Positions 1 to 10,102 of a DNA stretch of 25,762 nt are shown in pieces. Each line of letters opens with the position of its first letter. Positions within the stretch are counted from its first letter, which is position 1. Source of the stretch: a virus (lineage: Duplodnaviria; Caudoviricetes); the IMG/VR virus record IMGVR_UViG_3300047403_000169, positions 1 to 25,762 of that record; one strand, written 5' to 3'. A program made the translations under genes and the position numbers. Under the pieces are notes generated by a model. It was given only the letters and a program-made list of their open reading frames with translations, was not told the origin of the DNA and searched no databases.

Positions 1-2
1 AT

Positions 3-239
3 CTAAAAGAACGATTGATTTTAAATCACTTGATAGTATTATATAATGTTTTTGGTATTGAAGCTTCCACGAGAATGTTGTTTTTGAAGATTGGCAAAAA
101 AGAGCATGATATACTAAAAACATTTTTATTATTTCTCAATTTTATGCCTAATGTTGTAAAAGGAATAAACGGTAGAAACATAAGATCATCCGATATAGCA
201 GTAGACATGAATGTAGCAAAAAATCTGAGAAATATATAA
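3..239 (+). CDS. Conserved T4-like phage hypothetical protein, 5' truncated by the window edge
   Basis: Frame is open from the window start (LKERLILNHLIVLYNVFGIEASTRMLFLKI), a motif I recognise from T4-like environmental phages; stop just before the next ORF. Confidence 0.7.
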   Translation, partial: LKERLILNHLIVLYNVFGIEASTRMLFLKIGKKEHDILKTFLLFLNFMPNVVKGINGRNIRSSDIAVDMNVAKNLRNI

Positions 240-246
240 AAGTATC

Positions 247-1323
247 ATGATCAAGTTCAAACAAATTCGCAAAAAACTAAATGAAATGGGCGCAGGTGGT
301 GCTGGTGGCGGTATTGCAAATGTCGCTGGATCAGGCGCTATTGCTGGTCTGGGTGTTGGTCCACAGGGTGAACCTCCAGGACCAAAAGCTGTTTTAGCCA
401 GAATCAGAAGAAAAAAAACAGAAAATAAAGAGTTAGTCGAATCCAAGCGCGACTATAAAGCAGAATATAAAAACTACCATTCAAAACCAGAACAAAAAAA
501 GAATCGAGCAAAGCGTAATTATGCACGCCGATTGTTGACTCGGTTAAATAGAGTTCATAAAAGCGATGGTAAAGATGTAGATCATCAAGATTCAAATCCA
601 CAAAATAATGATATTAAAAATCTGCGCGTACTTAAAGCATCGACTAATCGGTCAATGAATGAAGTTTTTTCAAAAGTTAAATCATATAAATGGACTGTTC
701 ATGGTCCTGAAATAAATCAAGCTGAATTTGAGGTGGATAAAAACGATAAAATCAGAGTCACATTTAAAAAATTGGATGCTTCAAAAAACGATTGGGAAGT
801 CGATTTTGCGCGTTCAAATATGGACACTAAACATGATTTTACCACAGCAAGACTAACCACTGGTTTTTCCTATGAAATACTTTCAACTGTGCTTGAAGCA
901 ATTAAGGAATTTGTGGAAGACATGAGACCTGATTCTTTGTGGATTACAGGAATAGGAAAAGGTGATAAATCAGATTCCAGAACTAAACTTTATGATACAA
1001 TGACAAAACTTTTACCACAAAAAATTGGTTATAAACTTACACATAGACAGGACTTGGGTGGCTCAGTCGTTTGGGTATTACAACCAAAAAATAAGCTTAA
1101 TGAAGAAACTTTCGCAGGTCATCGCGTATTCAAGGTAAAATCTGAATACTATCATCGCTGTCGCATGGGTAAGAAAAAGTTTTTGCGTTATGAGAAATAT
1201 GTTGGTAATGATGAATTTGGTGAAGAAATAAGAAAATACGGAAGAAAAAATCATAAAACAGGAATCATTGTGCAAGATGAAGCAACTGGTGCAATGGTAT
1301 ATCTAAGAAAAGAACGCAAATGA
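247..1323 (+). CDS. Multi-module protein with an internal HNH-like domain; probable capsid-packaged internal protein
   Basis: 358 aa. N-terminus MIKFKQIRKKLNE resembles a capsid-targeting leader. HNH-like segment KDVDHQDSNPQNNDIKNLRVLKASTNRS. L/M-x-E motifs lie between apparent modules. Confidence 0.6.
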   Translation: MIKFKQIRKKLNEMGAGGAGGGIANVAGSGAIAGLGVGPQGEPPGPKAVLARIRRKKTENKELVESKRDYKAEYKNYHSKPEQKKNRAKRNYARRLLTRLNRVHKSDGKDVDHQDSNPQNNDIKNLRVLKASTNRSMNEVFSKVKSYKWTVHGPEINQAEFEVDKNDKIRVTFKKLDASKNDWEVDFARSNMDTKHDFTTARLTTGFSYEILSTVLEAIKEFVEDMRPDSLWITGIGKGDKSDSRTKLYDTMTKLLPQKIGYKLTHRQDLGGSVVWVLQPKNKLNEETFAGHRVFKVKSEYYHRCRMGKKKFLRYEKYVGNDEFGEEIRKYGRKNHKTGIIVQDEATGAMVYLRKERK

Positions 1324-1934
1324 TTACGGTCGATATTCTTCAATCTTGTTTACCACAAGCTAATCCACAGGCTGTAGAGTTATTTGCAGAGCCTATTTCC
1401 AATACATGTGACGAGTTTGATATTTCAACACCAGAAAGAGTCGCTGCCTTTATTGCACAATGCGGGCATGAATCTGGCAATCTGAAATATGTAAAAGAAA
1501 ATCTGAATTATAGCGCACAGGGACTTTGCAAAGTGTTTCCAAAATACTTCAACACACAAAACGCAATGCAATATGAAAGAAATCCAGAAGCAATCGCTAA
1601 TCGTGTGTATGCAAATCGGATGGGCAACGGCTCAGAAGAATCTGGTGATGGTTGGGCCTTTCGTGGACGTGGATTGATCCAGTTGACAGGCAGAACAAAC
1701 TATGAGAAATGTGGGCAGGGCCTTGGTCTGGATTTGATTTCCGATCCTATGTATCTAGAATCACCGGAAGGAGCAGCGAGGTCCGCTGGCTGGTTTTGGC
1801 ATGTCAATAAACTAAATATTCTAGCTGATTCTGGCGATATCAAAACCATGACCAAGAAGATTAATGGTGGTTTCATAGGGCTTGAGGACAGAATCAAACA
1901 TTATGAACATATTTTACATATATTGAGGGATTAA
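1320..1934 (+). CDS. Glycoside hydrolase family 19 endolysin
   Basis: AAFIAQCGHESG, ENLNYS, FRGRGLIQLTGRTNY and TKKINGG motifs typical of phage GH19 lysins. Confidence 0.93.
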   Translation: MITVDILQSCLPQANPQAVELFAEPISNTCDEFDISTPERVAAFIAQCGHESGNLKYVKENLNYSAQGLCKVFPKYFNTQNAMQYERNPEAIANRVYANRMGNGSEESGDGWAFRGRGLIQLTGRTNYEKCGQGLGLDLISDPMYLESPEGAARSAGWFWHVNKLNILADSGDIKTMTKKINGGFIGLEDRIKHYEHILHILRD

Positions 1935-2408
1935 ATGTTTGGTTTATTTGGTGGAATTCAACTCAAAATAATCATAGCAGTAGCATTACTTGGTATTGCT
2001 ACAACTGGTTATTTTTATGTTCAAAGTCTGAGACATGAACTTCAAGCTTCCTTAGAAGCACAACAAAAGCTTGCTGATACTGTTGATGCACAACAAAAAG
2101 TTATGGATTCACAGAAAAAAGACATTGAAAAAATGCAGGTTATAAACAAAAAGATGAATGAAGATTTTGCTGCTGCTAATCGTGAAATGTCAGCACTGGA
2201 AAAAAAGTTCAAGGAATCTTCTTCGGGTCAACAAAGAAACTTCAATGCATTAGCTATTCAGAATCCACAATCGATTGAAGAAAAGGTCAATCGTGGAACC
2301 AAATATGCTTTAAGATGTAATGAATTGGCTACCGGTTCTCCGATAGAATCGGATGATGAAAAAAATAATATATGCCCAGATTTGGTAAAAAAGAGAAAAG
2401 CTAAATGA
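1935..2408 (+). CDS. Inner-membrane spanin (Rz-like)
   Basis: N-terminal TM helix followed by a long coiled coil; directly after the endolysin and overlapping a lipoprotein gene. Confidence 0.75.
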   Translation: MFGLFGGIQLKIIIAVALLGIATTGYFYVQSLRHELQASLEAQQKLADTVDAQQKVMDSQKKDIEKMQVINKKMNEDFAAANREMSALEKKFKESSSGQQRNFNALAIQNPQSIEEKVNRGTKYALRCNELATGSPIESDDEKNNICPDLVKKRKAK

Positions 2409-2803
2409 AAAAATTAATAACACTAGCTTTTATTATACCATTGGCTGCATGTGGAAGCACTTCACCAAAAGTCGTGCAAAAACCTGTTATTGTGGACAGA
2501 CCACCTTTGATGGTTCAAGAACCACAACCAGTCGATCAGTTACCTATTGAATTTCTTGTGATAACAAAAGAAAACTACGAACAGAAACTAAAACTTCTTG
2601 AGGAAAAAGCTCAGGGACCTGTTGTATTGTTTGCGCTAAATTCGGATGGATATCAAAATCTAAGCATGAATGTTGCCGAACTTCGTCGCTATATCATTCA
2701 ACAGAATACTGTGATTGATGCTTATAAAACTTATTATACTAAAAAAGATGAACCCCAACCAGAGCCACCAAAGGAAGAAAAGCCATTTTGGAAGCTCTGG
2801 TAA
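2405..2803 (+). CDS. Outer-membrane lipoprotein spanin (Rz1-like)
   Basis: Signal peptide with lipobox LAAC; Pro-rich; follows the i-spanin candidate. Confidence 0.75.
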   Translation: MKKLITLAFIIPLAACGSTSPKVVQKPVIVDRPPLMVQEPQPVDQLPIEFLVITKENYEQKLKLLEEKAQGPVVLFALNSDGYQNLSMNVAELRRYIIQQNTVIDAYKTYYTKKDEPQPEPPKEEKPFWKLW

Positions 2804-3214
2804 ATGACTGAAAAAGTAGAAGAAAAAAAATCAGAAGATTGGATGTCAAAAAGATGGCGTCCAGCCATGGGATGGTTATATATGACCACGTGTTCCATGG
2901 ACTTTATTATATTTCCGGTTTTATGGGCAATCATTCAAACTGCTACCCATCAACCTGTAACACAATGGAATCCGATCACACTTCAAGGAGCCGGGCTCTA
3001 TCACCTGGCCATGGGTGCTATTTGTGGTGTAGCAGCGTGGTCGCGTGGTCAAGAAAAAATGGCTGGAGTAAATTCCGGTATGAGTGGTTCATCCATGCCA
3101 GCGTCAACATATAAACCACCTATGCAATCCACTATGCAAACACCACAAAGATCAATGACTAGACCAATGCTTCCTGATACAGACGTGGAAGATGCTGACA
3201 GAAGAATAAGATAA
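2804..3214 (+). CDS. Putative holin (3TM/GTA-holin-like)
   Basis: WMSKRWRPAMGWLYM motif, two hydrophobic segments, WSRGQEK motif; lysis cassette context. Confidence 0.65.
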   Translation: MTEKVEEKKSEDWMSKRWRPAMGWLYMTTCSMDFIIFPVLWAIIQTATHQPVTQWNPITLQGAGLYHLAMGAICGVAAWSRGQEKMAGVNSGMSGSSMPASTYKPPMQSTMQTPQRSMTRPMLPDTDVEDADRRIR

Positions 3215-3234
3215 ATATATAAAAGGAGAAAAAA

Positions 3235-3360
3235 ATGTCTACAATAGTCACTTTTGTTATAGGTCTTATCGTTGGTTGGAATTTCCTAAAGCAACCCGAA
3301 TGGTCCAAAAAAACAGTTGATCTGGTTGTTGAAAAAGTAAAAAGTTATATTTCAAAATAA
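3235..3360 (+). CDS. Small membrane protein, 41 aa (not in ORF track)
   Basis: AAGGAG SD then ATG; MSTIVTFVIGLIVGWNFLKQPEW...ISK*; fills the intergenic gap. Confidence 0.7.
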   Translation: MSTIVTFVIGLIVGWNFLKQPEWSKKTVDLVVEKVKSYISK

Positions 3361-3372
3361 TATAAAAGTGTC

Positions 3373-3876
3373 ATGGCTGGCGAGTTAGATAACTTACGTC
3401 TTGATGTTGGTCTATTGAAAAAGGATGTAGAAACATTTACAACCATTTTCAATAAACTTGATGTTACTATAGAAAAACTTCAAGAGTTATCAACCAACAT
3501 GACAAAAATGATAACTGTCCATGAACACCGTCTTGAATATCAAGAAAAAATGGACCAAGAACTCGCAAAGTTAATAGAACAAAGAAGATCAGAGTTTCAA
3601 ATGGACATAAAAGACCTGCATTCCCGTATTACTACAGTTACGCGAGAGTTAACTGAAAAGATTGAAGAATCTGAAAAAGGTATCAAAGAAGAAATAAAGT
3701 CTTTGCGTGATTGTATTACACAAAAAGAACTGGAAAAAAATAAAAGTATTCTCGATAGACTCCAATCAATTGAATCATGGAAATGGAAACTGACGGGTGC
3801 TATTGTTGTATTAATCTGGTTTTCCGACAGTTTCCTTGTTCCATATGTAAAAAAGATTTCAAAGTTATTCAACTGA
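3373..3876 (+). CDS. Coiled-coil protein with C-terminal TM anchor
   Basis: Heptad-rich sequence ending WKWKLTGAIVVLIWF; resembles a conserved T4-like hypothetical. Confidence 0.75.
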   Translation: MAGELDNLRLDVGLLKKDVETFTTIFNKLDVTIEKLQELSTNMTKMITVHEHRLEYQEKMDQELAKLIEQRRSEFQMDIKDLHSRITTVTRELTEKIEESEKGIKEEIKSLRDCITQKELEKNKSILDRLQSIESWKWKLTGAIVVLIWFSDSFLVPYVKKISKLFN

Positions 3877-4452
3877 TTATTTTGTTGTAGTCATATTTGA
3901 TAATGGATTCTCTAGTGCTTTTTGAATCTTATTGTCTAATTTCTTTTCAAGTTCATCGATTTTGGTATCAACACGATACAACTTATCGTCCCATCTTTTA
4001 TCTGCATTAGAAATCAAATTCTTTACATCCCGTTCAGCGCCAGTCATTGTACCTCTGACTTCTCTTTCAATATCACGCGATCTTCCATCCATTTTAGCGA
4101 TTTGATCAGCTTGCTTGCCAATTTCGGTTCTCAAATCTGTTCTGATATCACGGACAATATCCACAGATTCAGTAAGTTTTGATTCAAATATGGCCATTCT
4201 TTTATCATATCCGGATAAATCGGGAGAAACATATTCCGCGATCTTCTTTTTCATACCAACATAATCTTTATATACTTCAAATACACCATAAAGTCCACCA
4301 AGAATGGAAGATAATAATGTAAATGCTACCATTAGTTTTGCTGGTGTAAACTCATAACCACCAATGCTGATTACTGTATCTTTACTCGCATATTTCTTTA
4401 CTGCTGCTTCCGCTTCGTCTATTTTTTTATTTACGTCTACTTTTTCAGACAT
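3877..4452 (-). CDS. Membrane-anchored coiled-coil protein
   Basis: GGAG SD; one TM (LMVAFTLLSSILGGLYGVFEVY) then a coiled coil ending ALENPL. Confidence 0.75.
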   Translation of the reverse strand: MSEKVDVNKKIDEAEAAVKKYASKDTVISIGGYEFTPAKLMVAFTLLSSILGGLYGVFEVYKDYVGMKKKIAEYVSPDLSGYDKRMAIFESKLTESVDIVRDIRTDLRTEIGKQADQIAKMDGRSRDIEREVRGTMTGAERDVKNLISNADKRWDDKLYRVDTKIDELEKKLDNKIQKALENPLSNMTTTK

Positions 4453-4462
4453 TTATTTCTCC

Positions 4463-5011
4463 TTAGAGTGTAATGGGTATCCATAACCAAATACCCTGAC
4501 TCATAAGCAATGCACCTACCAAACTCATAACTAAACTTGAATAAAACATGGGCATACTTACTGCTAAAATACTTGCTGATAGCAAAACTATAGCAAACTG
4601 ATATGATGTTCCTGCAAAAGTTAACCATGGAGTATGCTTGCGAAGTTCATCACGCGATTCTTCCAATGATCTTGCTTTAGTCAATAGTTCCTTTTTACCT
4701 TCTCCGGTCGTCGGTTCTGATTCATATCTGGCTATTTTAGCTTTTAACTCTGTTATTTTTTTATTATCTTTTCTCTCAATAGCATCTTCAAGCTGCCCCT
4801 CCGCTATGGATTGTTTAATACTTTTGGCTTGATAAAAACTCCATGTGTCGTTAGCTTTGATTGTATTTGATAAAATGGTGCTACTCATACCATTGGCCAA
4901 ATATGTGTTTATAGATAGTAATAGTGCGATTAAAGTAATAACCCATCCTGCTTTATCTTTTACTTTTGCTTCTCTTTCGGATCGCGATAATGGTTTTATT
5001 TGATCGGACAT
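4463..5011 (-). CDS. DUF4337-like membrane protein
   Basis: ANDTWSFYQAKSIKQ motif and three TM segments. Confidence 0.7.
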   Translation of the reverse strand: MSDQIKPLSRSEREAKVKDKAGWVITLIALLLSINTYLANGMSSTILSNTIKANDTWSFYQAKSIKQSIAEGQLEDAIERKDNKKITELKAKIARYESEPTTGEGKKELLTKARSLEESRDELRKHTPWLTFAGTSYQFAIVLLSASILAVSMPMFYSSLVMSLVGALLMSQGIWLWIPITL

Positions 5012-6231
5012 TATTTTACTCCGTATTGTATTTCTATTAGTTTGTCCATCATTTTATCTTGCGCTAGATTGAATAATCTACCATAAGGATCACTTAGTTC
5101 TTTATTATCATATATTTCCTTATCATCATACCATTTTATAGCATCTTGAAGATCACGGTCTTTGTATTCACTACCTATCATACTCATTAAAACAACCTTT
5201 GTTGCTTGATTTGCTGGATCAAATGTGTCTTTTATAGCGTCAAGAATCTTATTAGCAACGGATGTAGCGCCTTCTTTTGTTCCTGATGATTTTATATCAC
5301 CCTTAGCGCCTTCAGCTTGACTGGATTGTTGTGATTGTGGTCCCTGAGGCATTTGTATAGTGAATGTTTCTGGTCCTCTGTCTGGTCCAGAAACTGTTAC
5401 TGTCGCTGTTTCACCACCACCATGTCGATCCACTTGTATATCCACATGTTGACCTGGCTGTTGCTGTTGATGTTGCGCCATAGGAGATTGTGGTGCGATT
5501 GGCGATAACATTTGATTTTGTGGATCAGACTGTTGCTGCTGCTGTTGCTGTTGGTTGATGGGGTTGGCAGGATTTGCCGGATTTGCCGGATTTGCCAAAT
5601 TTTGTGCTACTGTCGTTGTGGTGTTATTTGTCGATGATACAACATGTTCTATAATCTGATATGTTAATGTCATGATAGGATCAATAAACTTCGGTCCAAA
5701 CATTCCACAACAATAACCAGCATCAACACCATATAGTTGAAATGTCGCATATGGATTAGCAAAGTTATTTGCTTCTACCGTATTATTCAAAGAATATGTT
5801 TTATAACCACCATAATCAAGAACATATGTATTTTCAAACTTCTTAACAAGAATGCCGTTATCCATTATCGATAATGTAATATTGACTATATCTTTACAAT
5901 CAATACCACCATTTCCGATACCTGATGTACAAGATGGAACATAAAGATTACTGTAATCTGAATATACTGTTACGGAATAGTTTAACGTAAATCCAGCATT
6001 AATCTGTTCTTTTGTCAAATATTGACTCAATGGAACAGTGTATGAATATGTTCCGCCCGGAGTTGCTCCTGTGTTGCCCCGACCGTCTGCTGTTCCTGAA
6101 TAACTAAACGATGTTATTGGTGGTAAAATATTAGCTGTCGTTGATGTTGTTTGCCCATAACCTTTCATGGGAAAGGCTAAACAGAACAAAAATGCTATCC
6201 AGATAAAAAATAAAAATGTTGTTATTTTCAC
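5011..6231 (-). CDS. Secreted protein with a Cys-containing N-domain and Q/P-rich linker
   Basis: 406 aa; hydrophobic signal peptide; ANPANPANP and polyQ linker; start (GTG) uncertain. Confidence 0.7.
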   Translation of the reverse strand: MKITTFLFFIWIAFLFCLAFPMKGYGQTTSTTANILPPITSFSYSGTADGRGNTGATPGGTYSYTVPLSQYLTKEQINAGFTLNYSVTVYSDYSNLYVPSCTSGIGNGGIDCKDIVNITLSIMDNGILVKKFENTYVLDYGGYKTYSLNNTVEANNFANPYATFQLYGVDAGYCCGMFGPKFIDPIMTLTYQIIEHVVSSTNNTTTTVAQNLANPANPANPANPINQQQQQQQQSDPQNQMLSPIAPQSPMAQHQQQQPGQHVDIQVDRHGGGETATVTVSGPDRGPETFTIQMPQGPQSQQSSQAEGAKGDIKSSGTKEGATSVANKILDAIKDTFDPANQATKVVLMSMIGSEYKDRDLQDAIKWYDDKEIYDNKELSDPYGRLFNLAQDKMMDKLIEIQYGVK

Positions 6232-6268
6232 TTGTTTTTTTCCATTAGTTTATTGTGTTGTTTATATA

Positions 6269-6805
6269 TTAGTCCCTTCTGTTATTTAAATATTCAAAAT
6301 CTCCTGGTTTTGCTGCCCAACGGCCAGTTAGCTGTGTTGATCTTGTTTCAGCAACAATCATTTTAGAACCAACAGGAACATCTTTTGTATTTTCCTGCCA
6401 GGCTTTCAATGCGTCTGTGCCGATTAATCCTTTATATGGGCATGGAGTTCCAGCCATGATCATTGCGTCAAACACTCTTACATCCTGGCATAATGCGGAA
6501 ACTGCTGCTACTTTCATTCCCATACCATATAATGATCGAGATAGTTTTATGATTTCGCATGTTTCATCCTGAATGGTCAAACCTGTAGCAATACCAAGAA
6601 TCTGTGTTTGAACTGCTCCACTAACACCAGATTTACATACGTCGGAATTATTAATAATAACACCTGGTGCCATTGCTGTTGGCGGTGCTTTATCCACTGT
6701 AATAGTATTTGTTCCCGTAACTGTCGATGAAATAGTATCTGTTGCAAAACAGACAGAAGTAGTATATAATACAAACGACAAAGCCAATAAAAACTTCTTT
6801 ATCAT
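6269..6805 (-). CDS. Secreted Cys-rich hypothetical protein
   Basis: AGGAG SD, signal peptide, PPTAMAP...DVC...CEIIKLSR...LCQD...GTPCP pattern seen in aquatic phages. Confidence 0.8.
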   Translation of the reverse strand: MIKKFLLALSFVLYTTSVCFATDTISSTVTGTNTITVDKAPPTAMAPGVIINNSDVCKSGVSGAVQTQILGIATGLTIQDETCEIIKLSRSLYGMGMKVAAVSALCQDVRVFDAMIMAGTPCPYKGLIGTDALKAWQENTKDVPVGSKMIVAETRSTQLTGRWAAKPGDFEYLNNRRD

Positions 6806-6850
6806 ATGAATCTCCTATTATGAGGTATAAAAATTATATGATAATAGCGA

Positions 6851-6879
6851 TTGACTTTTCAATACATTCACTGTATAAT
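6851..6879 (+). promoter_or_regulatory. Sigma70-type promoter of primase
   Basis: TTGACT-17-TATAAT; ATG at 6887 lies 8 nt after the -10 box. Confidence 0.8.
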
Positions 6880-6886
6880 GTTAAGC

Positions 6887-7903
6887 ATGACTATTTATAT
6901 TGATCGGAAATATATTCAACTGCTATCTCCGAAATTAAACAGATTTTCTCGAAAAAACGACGATCTGTTTAATTTCAGGTGTCCTATTTGTGGTGATTCA
7001 CAGAAAAACAAATACAAAGCCAGAGGATACGTCTTCCGAAAAAAGAACGATCTTTTCTATCGCTGTCACAACTGTTCCGTTGGAATGACGATAAGCAACT
7101 TTATCAAATATGTTGATGTTAATCTTCATAAAGAATACATCATGGAAAGATATAAGGCTGGCGATTCTGGGCATTCAAACTATGAGAAACCTAAAGTTTT
7201 AACAGATTTCATTCTTCCCAAATTCAAAATCAAACTTGATCTGGATACAATTGAAAGTTTATCAAACAATCATTATGCTAAGTCTTACTTACTGAATCGA
7301 AAAATACCCAAACCATTTCTAAGCGAGTTATATTACGCTCCTGATTTTCGAAAGTTTATCGATAATCTGATACCAAATCATGAAAAAAATCTTAAGGAAA
7401 ACGATCCAAGAATCATTATTCCTTTTTATGATAAGGATAAAAATCTGATAGCAATTCAAGGAAGAGCCCTCGAAGCAGACTCAAAAACACGATATATTAC
7501 AATAAAGATTGATGAACATAGTCCAAAAATATATGGACTTGACAGAATGGACAAGAATAAAAAGATTTACATTGTTGAAGGTCCATTCGATTCAATGTTT
7601 ATTCCAAATGCGATTGCTGCTGCTGGATCAAATTTGAATGATCTAGGTCGATTTGTCGATATAAATAATAGTGTCATTGTTTATGACAATCAGCCCAGAA
7701 ATAAGGATATAGTCAGACAACTTTCAACAACAATTGAAAGTGGATATAATGTTTGTATTTGGCCTAATAATATGATGTTGAAAGATATTAACGATATGAT
7801 TTTGGATGGAATGAATATATCAGAAATACTTTATATTATCGATCATAATACTTTTAATGGATTAGAAGCAAAATTTAGGTTACAGTCATGGAAAAAAATA
7901 TAA
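6887..7903 (+). CDS. gp61: DNA primase (T4 gp61-like)
   Basis: Zn finger FRCPICGDS...YRCHNC, TOPRIM VEGPFDS and KDINDM; start placed at ATG 6887. Confidence 0.93.
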   Translation: MTIYIDRKYIQLLSPKLNRFSRKNDDLFNFRCPICGDSQKNKYKARGYVFRKKNDLFYRCHNCSVGMTISNFIKYVDVNLHKEYIMERYKAGDSGHSNYEKPKVLTDFILPKFKIKLDLDTIESLSNNHYAKSYLLNRKIPKPFLSELYYAPDFRKFIDNLIPNHEKNLKENDPRIIIPFYDKDKNLIAIQGRALEADSKTRYITIKIDEHSPKIYGLDRMDKNKKIYIVEGPFDSMFIPNAIAAAGSNLNDLGRFVDINNSVIVYDNQPRNKDIVRQLSTTIESGYNVCIWPNNMMLKDINDMILDGMNISEILYIIDHNTFNGLEAKFRLQSWKKI

Positions 7904-8064
7904 AATATCTGTTGATAACTATGTGTCTGATGCTTTCTGGTTGTATAAATCTTAGTGATGCTTCAGGCAATATGTCAAATAAAGACATATGTAGCGGAAA
8001 GCCAGCATATTTGGGTGCTGAATCTAAACCATGCAGAGTGACATTTTTTAAACAATCATTTTGA
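7888..8064 (+). CDS. Small lipoprotein, 58 aa (not in ORF track)
   Basis: MEKNIKYLLITMCLMLSGC lipobox plus two further Cys; fills the primase-thyX gap. Confidence 0.6.
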   Translation: MEKNIKYLLITMCLMLSGCINLSDASGNMSNKDICSGKPAYLGAESKPCRVTFFKQSF

Positions 8065-8073
8065 GAATATATC

Positions 8074-8751
8074 ATGAATGTGAAACTTATTTCTTATACA
8101 AGACCTTCTGTTGATTTAATGAGTGATGGAATTGGCCTGCCCATCGATCTAATATCGTATTGTGCGCGTGTTTCAAATCCAGCGAATCAACACAATACAG
8201 ATACATCCGAAAAACTTATAAAGTATCTTATAAAAAACAAACATTGGTCGCCATTAGAAATGGTGGATGTTACATTGGAGATTGAGACAACAAGAGATAT
8301 TGCCAGACAAATATTACGTCATAGAAGTTTTACGTTTCAAGAATTTTCACAAAGATACGCAGTCGCAGATTTGGGACACGAATTTCGCGATGCTAGATTA
8401 CAAGATAATAAAAACAGACAAAATAGTATCGAAAATACCGACGAACATCTGAATAATAATTGGCTGAATTATCAACAAAAAGTTTTAGATACGGCGAATG
8501 AAGCATATAATTGGGCTATAAACAATGGTATAGCAAAAGAAGTTGCTCGCGCCGTTTTACCTGAAGGTATGACATTATCGCGAATGTATATGAAAGGAAG
8601 TTTGCGTTCATGGATTCACTACATAGAATTACGTTCTGGCAACGGAACTCAAAAAGAACATAGAGAAATTGCTAAAGAAGCTGCTAAAGTTATATCAGAT
8701 ATATTTCCAACAATAATAAACCTAACAATGGAGACAAATAATGTCAAATAA
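8074..8751 (+). CDS. thyX: Flavin-dependent thymidylate synthase
   Basis: HWSPLE and ThyX motif RHRSFTFQEFSQRY. Confidence 0.96.
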   Translation: MNVKLISYTRPSVDLMSDGIGLPIDLISYCARVSNPANQHNTDTSEKLIKYLIKNKHWSPLEMVDVTLEIETTRDIARQILRHRSFTFQEFSQRYAVADLGHEFRDARLQDNKNRQNSIENTDEHLNNNWLNYQQKVLDTANEAYNWAINNGIAKEVARAVLPEGMTLSRMYMKGSLRSWIHYIELRSGNGTQKEHREIAKEAAKVISDIFPTIINLTMETNNVK

Positions 8752-10054
8752 TTATTTTCCAACACAGTACCAGGAATTTATCCATCTTTCCCGGTATAGC
8801 AGATGGTTGCCAGAAAAGAATCGCCGTGAAATCTGGCCTGAAACTGTTGGAAGATTTTTTGACTTTTTCACAGATCATTTGAAAGAGAAGCATGATTATA
8901 ATCTGAGTAAAGATGAAAGATCGTATCTGGAAGATGCTGTTCTGTCTTTGCGTGTAATGCCATCGATGCGGTGTGTAATGACTGCTGGTGAAGCACTAAA
9001 GCGTGAAAATGTTGCTGGATACAACTGTTCTTATGTTGCTGTCGATAATCCAAGATCATTTGATGAAATTCTATACATTCTGATGAACGGAACTGGAGTT
9101 GGATTTTCAGTTGAACAAAAATATACCGATCAGCTTCCCGTTATCTCAGAAGAATTTCATGATACCGAAACGACTATTCATGTTGCAGATTCGAAACTTG
9201 GTTGGGCAAAAGCATTTAAGGAATTGATTCACCTTCTTTATGGCGGCCAGATTCCCAAGTGGGACATGTCGAAAGTAAGACCAGCCGGCGCACCGTTGAA
9301 AACTTTTGGTGGTCGTGCTTCTGGACCAGAACCACTTGTTGAATTGTTTAAATTCTGCTGCAATACATTCAAACATGCTTCGGGAAGAAAACTAACTTCA
9401 TTAGAGTGCCATGATATTGTTTGTAAGGTGGCTGAAATAGTAGTTGTGGGTGGTGTAAGAAGATCAGCGTTGATTTCACTTTCTGATTTGTCTGACGATA
9501 ATATGAGAATCGCTAAAAGTGGACAATGGTGGGAACAAAATCCACAAAGAGCATTGGCTAATAACTCTTATGTTGCTAATCGGAAACCAGATATCGGCAT
9601 ATTCATGAAAGAATGGCTTGCTCTTTATGAATCGAAATCCGGAGAACGTGGTATTTTTTCCCGAGCAGCTTCAAAAATACAAGCTGGTAAAAGTGGTCGC
9701 AGAAACAATAACTTTGATTTTGGAACGAATCCATGTTGTCTCGTAGGTTCAAGCGAAATCATCACACGCAATTATGGTAAGACTACAATTAAAGAAGTAG
9801 TTGAAATCTTCGACAATGATAAGAATATTCAAGTTCTCGCTTTCAACACTCACACTGATAATATTGAATGGGCACCCATTAAAGCCGCACAGTTGACAAG
9901 ACCAAATGCTGAACTGGTAGAACTTGAGATTGATACTCTGCATGGAGTAAAGACTATCAGATGCACTCCAGATCATCCCGTTTATACCAAAAATAGGGGT
10001 TATGTGAGAGCAGATGAACTTACAGACGATGATGAACTGGTAGTTGCTATCTAA
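8741..10054 (+). CDS. nrdJ: Class II (B12-dependent) ribonucleotide reductase N-part fused to split intein N-half
   Basis: MPSMR, YNCSY, GTGVGFS, GGVRRSA, GTNPC followed by intein start CLVGSSEII. Confidence 0.95.
   Translation: MSNNYFPTQYQEFIHLSRYSRWLPEKNRREIWPETVGRFFDFFTDHLKEKHDYNLSKDERSYLEDAVLSLRVMPSMRCVMTAGEALKRENVAGYNCSYVAVDNPRSFDEILYILMNGTGVGFSVEQKYTDQLPVISEEFHDTETTIHVADSKLGWAKAFKELIHLLYGGQIPKWDMSKVRPAGAPLKTFGGRASGPEPLVELFKFCCNTFKHASGRKLTSLECHDIVCKVAEIVVVGGVRRSALISLSDLSDDNMRIAKSGQWWEQNPQRALANNSYVANRKPDIGIFMKEWLALYESKSGERGIFSRAASKIQAGKSGRRNNNFDFGTNPCCLVGSSEIITRNYGKTTIKEVVEIFDNDKNIQVLAFNTHTDNIEWAPIKAAQLTRPNAELVELEIDTLHGVKTIRCTPDHPVYTKNRGYVRADELTDDDELVVAI
9737..10051 (+). other. Split intein N-fragment (NrdJ-1 type)
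   Basis: C1 after TNPC; block B CTPDHPVY; ends ADELTDDDELVVAI at the stop codon. Confidence 0.93.
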
Positions 10055-10065
10055 AATCGAGATAT

Positions 10066-10073
10066 TATAAATA
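10066..10073 (+). promoter_or_regulatory. T4-type late promoter
   Basis: TATAAATA 30 nt upstream of the endonuclease ATG. Confidence 0.6.
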
Positions 10074-10102
10074 GTATAAGGGTTGGTAGAAAGGATTCTT
10101 AT

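Noticed and set aside
6851-6886. Upstream starts in the ORF track for primase (also 13649, 14614, 14931)
   Set aside because: The extensions cover promoter elements or other genes; downstream ATGs fit better.
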